From contig VBHC01000115.1 of assembly GCA_005889535.1 (NCBI GenBank), positions 1,221-65,220 of the forward strand: DNA of 64,000 bases, given 5' to 3'. Under the pieces are notes generated by a model. It ran no database searches. It was given only the letters and a program-made list of their open reading frames with translations, and was not told the DNA's origin. Position 1 is the stretch's first letter, and each line of letters begins with the position of its first letter. Position numbers and translations under genes: made by a program. Positions 60,875-64,000 of this stretch are shown one piece after another. The DNA is from Chloroflexota bacterium. Its GTDB lineage: Bacteria; Chloroflexota; Dormibacteria; CF-121.

Positions 60875-62845
60875 TTAGCTGGCCTGCTCTTCTAAGACGT
60901 CGCTGAACTGGCTGTTGTAGAGCGTGTAGTAGAAACCGCCCCGACGGAGCAGCTCGGCATGGCTCCCCTGCTCGACGATGCGACCCTGGTCCATAACCAC
61001 GATGCTGTCCGCATTGCGGATGGTCGACAGCCGATGCGCGATGACGAAGCTGGTCCGGTTCTGCCGGAGCCGCGCCATCGCGTGCTGGATCAGGACCTCG
61101 GTTCGGGTGTCAACGCTGCTCGTTGCCTCGTCGAGGATCAGCACGGCCGGATCGGCCAGGAAAGCGCGCGCGATCGTGAGCAGCTGTTTCTGCCCAGCCG
61201 AGATATTGGAGGCGTCGTCGGTCAGCACGGTGTCGTACCCGTCCGGCAGCGTCCGCACGAACGGGTCGACGTAGGCGGCCTGCGCGGCGGCGACGATCTC
61301 ATCATTGGTCGCCCCGATCTTCCCGTACCCGATGTTGTCGCGGATGGTGCCGGTGAAGATCCAGGTGTCCTGGAGCACCATGCCGAAGGCGCGCCGTACG
61401 TCGTCGCGGCGGAGGTCGCGCGTGTTCATGCCGTCGAGACAGATCCGGCCGTCCTCGATCTCGTAGAAGCGCATCAGCAAGTTCACGATCGTCGTCTTGC
61501 CCGCGCCGGTCGGCCCGACGATCGCAATCGTCTGGCCCGGTCGCACCTCGAGGTTGAAGTCGGTGATCAGCGGCTTCTCGGGCTCGTAGCGGAACGAGAC
61601 GTGCTCGAGGGCGACCTCGCCTTGCGGCTCGCGCAGCTCGCCGCGGACCCGATCCGGCGCCTCCTCCTCGTCCCCCAGGAACTCGAAGACGCGCTCGGCC
61701 GAGGCCAGGCCGGACTGCAGCAGGTTCAACTGGCCGGCCAGCTGCGTGATCGGCATCGTGAACTGGCGCGAGTACTGAATGAAGGCTTGGACGTCGCCCA
61801 ACGTGATCGAGCCGGTCGCCACTCGGTAGCCGCCGACCGCAGCGATCACGACATAGTTCACGTTGCCGAGGAAGGCCATCGCCGGCATGATGATGCCGCT
61901 CAGGAACTGCGCGCGAAAGCTGGCCTCGTATAGAGCCTGGTTGGTTTGGCTGAATTCCTCGATCGCCTTCCGGCGGCGTCCGAAGACCTGGACCAGCGCG
62001 TGTCCGGTGTGCACCTGCTCGACCTGGCCGTTGAGGACGCCGGTGCGCTGCCATTGCGCGGCGAAATGCCGCTGCGAGCGGCGAGCGACCAGCAATGTGA
62101 CGACGATCGATAGGGGGACCGTGACCAGCGCGACCGCGGCGAGCAAGGGGCTGATCCAGACCATCACGGCCAGCACCCCCACGATGGTGAGCGTCGAGGT
62201 GAGGAATTGGCTCAAGCCCTGCTGCAGCGTGGTGGTGATGTTGTCGATGTCGTTGGTCACCCGGCTGAGCACGTCACCGTGGGCGTGGCTGTCGAAATAT
62301 TTCAGCGGGAGGCGGGCCAGCTTGGCGTCGGCATCTCGGCGCAACCCGTAGACGGTGCGCTGCGCCACCCCGGCCATGATGTAGGACAACAGCCAGGTGA
62401 GCGCCGCGGCCAGGATGTAGACGAGCGCCGCGAGTGCGAGGATCTGGCCGAGCCGGGTGAAGTCGATCCCATGGCCCGGCACGACGTTGGAGCCCGAAAC
62501 CAGGTCAGCGATCTGGCCATGCCCCTGCGCTCGGAGGCCGGCGACGGCCTGTTGTTTCGTGATCCCGGCGGGAAGGCTCTTGCCGATGACGCCGTCGAAG
62601 ATGACGTTCGTCGCGTTGCCGATGATCTTGGGCCCGATGACGGTGCCGGCGACGCTGCCAAGTGCCAGCATCGCGGAGATCGCGATCCGCACTCGTTCGG
62701 GTTGAAGCCGCGCCAGCAGTTGGCGCAGGGTCTTGCCCAGGTCTTTCGTCTTCTGCGGTGGCAGCATGCCGCCGAAGCCGCCGCCCGGACCGCCACCAAA
62801 GCCTACCCGAGCCGGCGGCCGCCCACCCACGTTGCGCGCCATCAT
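60875..62845 (-). CDS. ABC exporter, fused permease/ATPase (type I exporter half-transporter)
   Basis: ATG at 62845 overlaps the upstream stop (ATGA). Six TM helices precede Walker A GPTGAGKTT, the signature SAGQKQLL and Walker B ILILDEATS. Confidence 0.9.
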   Translation of the reverse strand: MMARNVGGRPPARVGFGGGPGGGFGGMLPPQKTKDLGKTLRQLLARLQPERVRIAISAMLALGSVAGTVIGPKIIGNATNVIFDGVIGKSLPAGITKQQAVAGLRAQGHGQIADLVSGSNVVPGHGIDFTRLGQILALAALVYILAAALTWLLSYIMAGVAQRTVYGLRRDADAKLARLPLKYFDSHAHGDVLSRVTNDIDNITTTLQQGLSQFLTSTLTIVGVLAVMVWISPLLAAVALVTVPLSIVVTLLVARRSQRHFAAQWQRTGVLNGQVEQVHTGHALVQVFGRRRKAIEEFSQTNQALYEASFRAQFLSGIIMPAMAFLGNVNYVVIAAVGGYRVATGSITLGDVQAFIQYSRQFTMPITQLAGQLNLLQSGLASAERVFEFLGDEEEAPDRVRGELREPQGEVALEHVSFRYEPEKPLITDFNLEVRPGQTIAIVGPTGAGKTTIVNLLMRFYEIEDGRICLDGMNTRDLRRDDVRRAFGMVLQDTWIFTGTIRDNIGYGKIGATNDEIVAAAQAAYVDPFVRTLPDGYDTVLTDDASNISAGQKQLLTIARAFLADPAVLILDEATSSVDTRTEVLIQHAMARLRQNRTSFVIAHRLSTIRNADSIVVMDQGRIVEQGSHAELLRRGGFYYTLYNSQFSDVLEEQAS

Positions 62846-64000
62846 GCGACGGCCTCCTCGCCCAGCTGCGAGGCGACGATCTCGCGGTAGGCCTCGGTCG
62901 TCGACATCAACTCCTGGTGGGTGCCGACGCCAACGATCCGCCCCGCGTCGAGAACGATGATCTGGTCGGCCGAAAGGATGGTGCTCACCCGCTGCGCCAC
63001 GATCACCACCGCGGCGTCGCGTGCCTCGGGCTTCAGCGCTGAGCGCAGCCGGGCATCGGTCCCGGCATCGAGCGCTGAGAAGCAATCGTCGAAGAGGTAG
63101 AGGGGCGGTCGTCTGACCAGCGCCCGGGCGATCGCCAGTCGCTGACGCTGGCCACCAGAAAGATTGGTGCCACCCTGGTCCACTGGCGCCTCGAGCTTCT
63201 CCGGCATCGCCGCGACGAAGTCCCGCGCCTGCGCCACCTCGAGGGCATGCCACAGCTCGGCCTCGGTGGCGTCCTCCTTGCCGAACCGGAGGTTGTCGGC
63301 GATCGTGCCACGAAAGAGGTAAGCCTGCTGGGGAACGAGCCCGATCGAGCTCCAGAGGGTTTCGAGCAGTTGCTGCCGGACGTCCACGTCGTTGACGCGG
63401 ACGGCGCCCGCTGTGACGTCGAAAGAGCGGGGAATGAGGTTCAACAGCGTGGTCTTGCCGGAGCCCGTGCCGCCGATGATCGCGGTGGTCGCGCCCGGTC
63501 GCAACTGGAACGAGAGGCCGTGCAGCACCGGCTTCTCCCCGCCCGGGTAGCCGAAGGTGACGTCGCGGAATTCGACGGCACCCGTCTTGGCTTCGGGCTC
63601 GATCGGCTGCTCAGGGTCTCGGATCGCGGGTTGCGTCTGCAGGACGGCTTCGAGCCGCACCGCGCTGGCGGCGGCGCGCGGGAGGAAGATCACCATCATC
63701 AGCGCCATCATCACGGCAAACATGATCTGCAGGATGTAGGCGAGAAAAGCGATCAGGTTGCCGACCGGCATCTGGCCGCTGTCGATCAGATGACCGCCGA
63801 ACCAGACAACGGCGACGCTGGAGAGGTTCATGATCGCCAGCAGCGCCGGAAGCGCCGCGGCGAAGATCCGGTTGACGCGCAGGGCCGTCGCGGTCAGGTC
63901 CGCGTTGGCCGCCTCGAAGCGGTCGCGCTCGTAGGGGGTGCGGTTGAAGGCGCGGATGACGCGAACCCCGGTGATCTGCTCGCGAAGCACTTCGGTGATC
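62842..64000 (-). CDS. ABC exporter, fused permease/ATPase, partner subunit (N-terminus beyond the right edge)
   Basis: Walker A is GGTGSGKTT, the signature is SGGQRQRL and Walker B is LYLFDDCFSALD. The reading frame stays open to position 64000. Confidence 0.85.
   Translation of the reverse strand, partial: ITEVLREQITGVRVIRAFNRTPYERDRFEAANADLTATALRVNRIFAAALPALLAIMNLSSVAVVWFGGHLIDSGQMPVGNLIAFLAYILQIMFAVMMALMMVIFLPRAAASAVRLEAVLQTQPAIRDPEQPIEPEAKTGAVEFRDVTFGYPGGEKPVLHGLSFQLRPGATTAIIGGTGSGKTTLLNLIPRSFDVTAGAVRVNDVDVRQQLLETLWSSIGLVPQQAYLFRGTIADNLRFGKEDATEAELWHALEVAQARDFVAAMPEKLEAPVDQGGTNLSGGQRQRLAIARALVRRPPLYLFDDCFSALDAGTDARLRSALKPEARDAAVVIVAQRVSTILSADQIIVLDAGRIVGVGTHQELMSTTEAYREIVASQLGEEAVA

Noticed and set aside
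1-64000. CRISPR arrays, transposases, integrases, phage or defence-system genes
   Set aside because: No tandem direct repeats with spacers, no DDE/tyrosine/serine recombinase motifs and no recognisable defence-system domain combinations were seen in either strand's translations. The only compositional anomaly is the small tRNA-Gly-adjacent islet, reported above.

Overview
This is a high-GC, gene-dense chromosomal segment with about 70 protein-coding genes and 3 tRNAs. I saw no rRNA, CRISPR array, transposase, integrase or obvious prophage. All family calls come from reading the ORF-track translations and my own translations for motifs; no alignments or searches were run.

Content is mostly housekeeping and accessory metabolism:
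- An F420 cofactor cluster (cofD-cofC-cofE) sits next to a fused MoaD-MoaE, with three predicted F420-dependent enzymes nearby. This points to an F420-producing lineage such as Actinomycetota or Chloroflexota; I cannot place it further.
- A long minus-strand gene train reads murI, polyprenyl synthase, hemC/D fusion, hemB, cyclophilin, tatA, tatC, rph, rdgB, proline dehydrogenase.
- Sugar genes include two FGGY kinases and a GH13 alpha-glucosidase.
- Regulator-linked modules include TetR with an MMPL exporter, ArsR with VOC and SRPBCC proteins, and a SigJ-like ECF sigma with a decayed paralog fragment.
- A heterodimeric ABC exporter pair runs off the right edge.

Observations most worth follow-up:
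1. A tightly packed five-gene minus-strand set: an ASKHA/DUF1786-like protein, a ChlI-like AAA+ ATPase, a VWA protein, an F420-type LLM oxidoreductase and a SAM methyltransferase. The VWA gene is interrupted by a single in-frame TAG.
2. Several genes (hemC/D, rdgB, a PPOX-type protein, an AlkD-like protein, an MMPL transporter, a DLH-like hydrolase) have conserved N-terminal sequence upstream of any ATG/GTG/TTG. This suggests CTG or other near-cognate starts coupled to the upstream stop.
3. A cytoplasmic BNR-propeller gene is translationally coupled to a MoaD/ThiS-like protein ending in Gly-Gly.
4. A polytopic GT-C-like membrane protein lies next to a zinc-ribbon + GT2 + methyltransferase fusion.
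5. A frameshifted membrane/TolB-propeller gene.
6. A roughly 500-nt structured non-coding region between murI and a secreted C39-like peptidase.

Many long ORFs in the track are antisense shadow ORFs typical of high-GC DNA and were not called.
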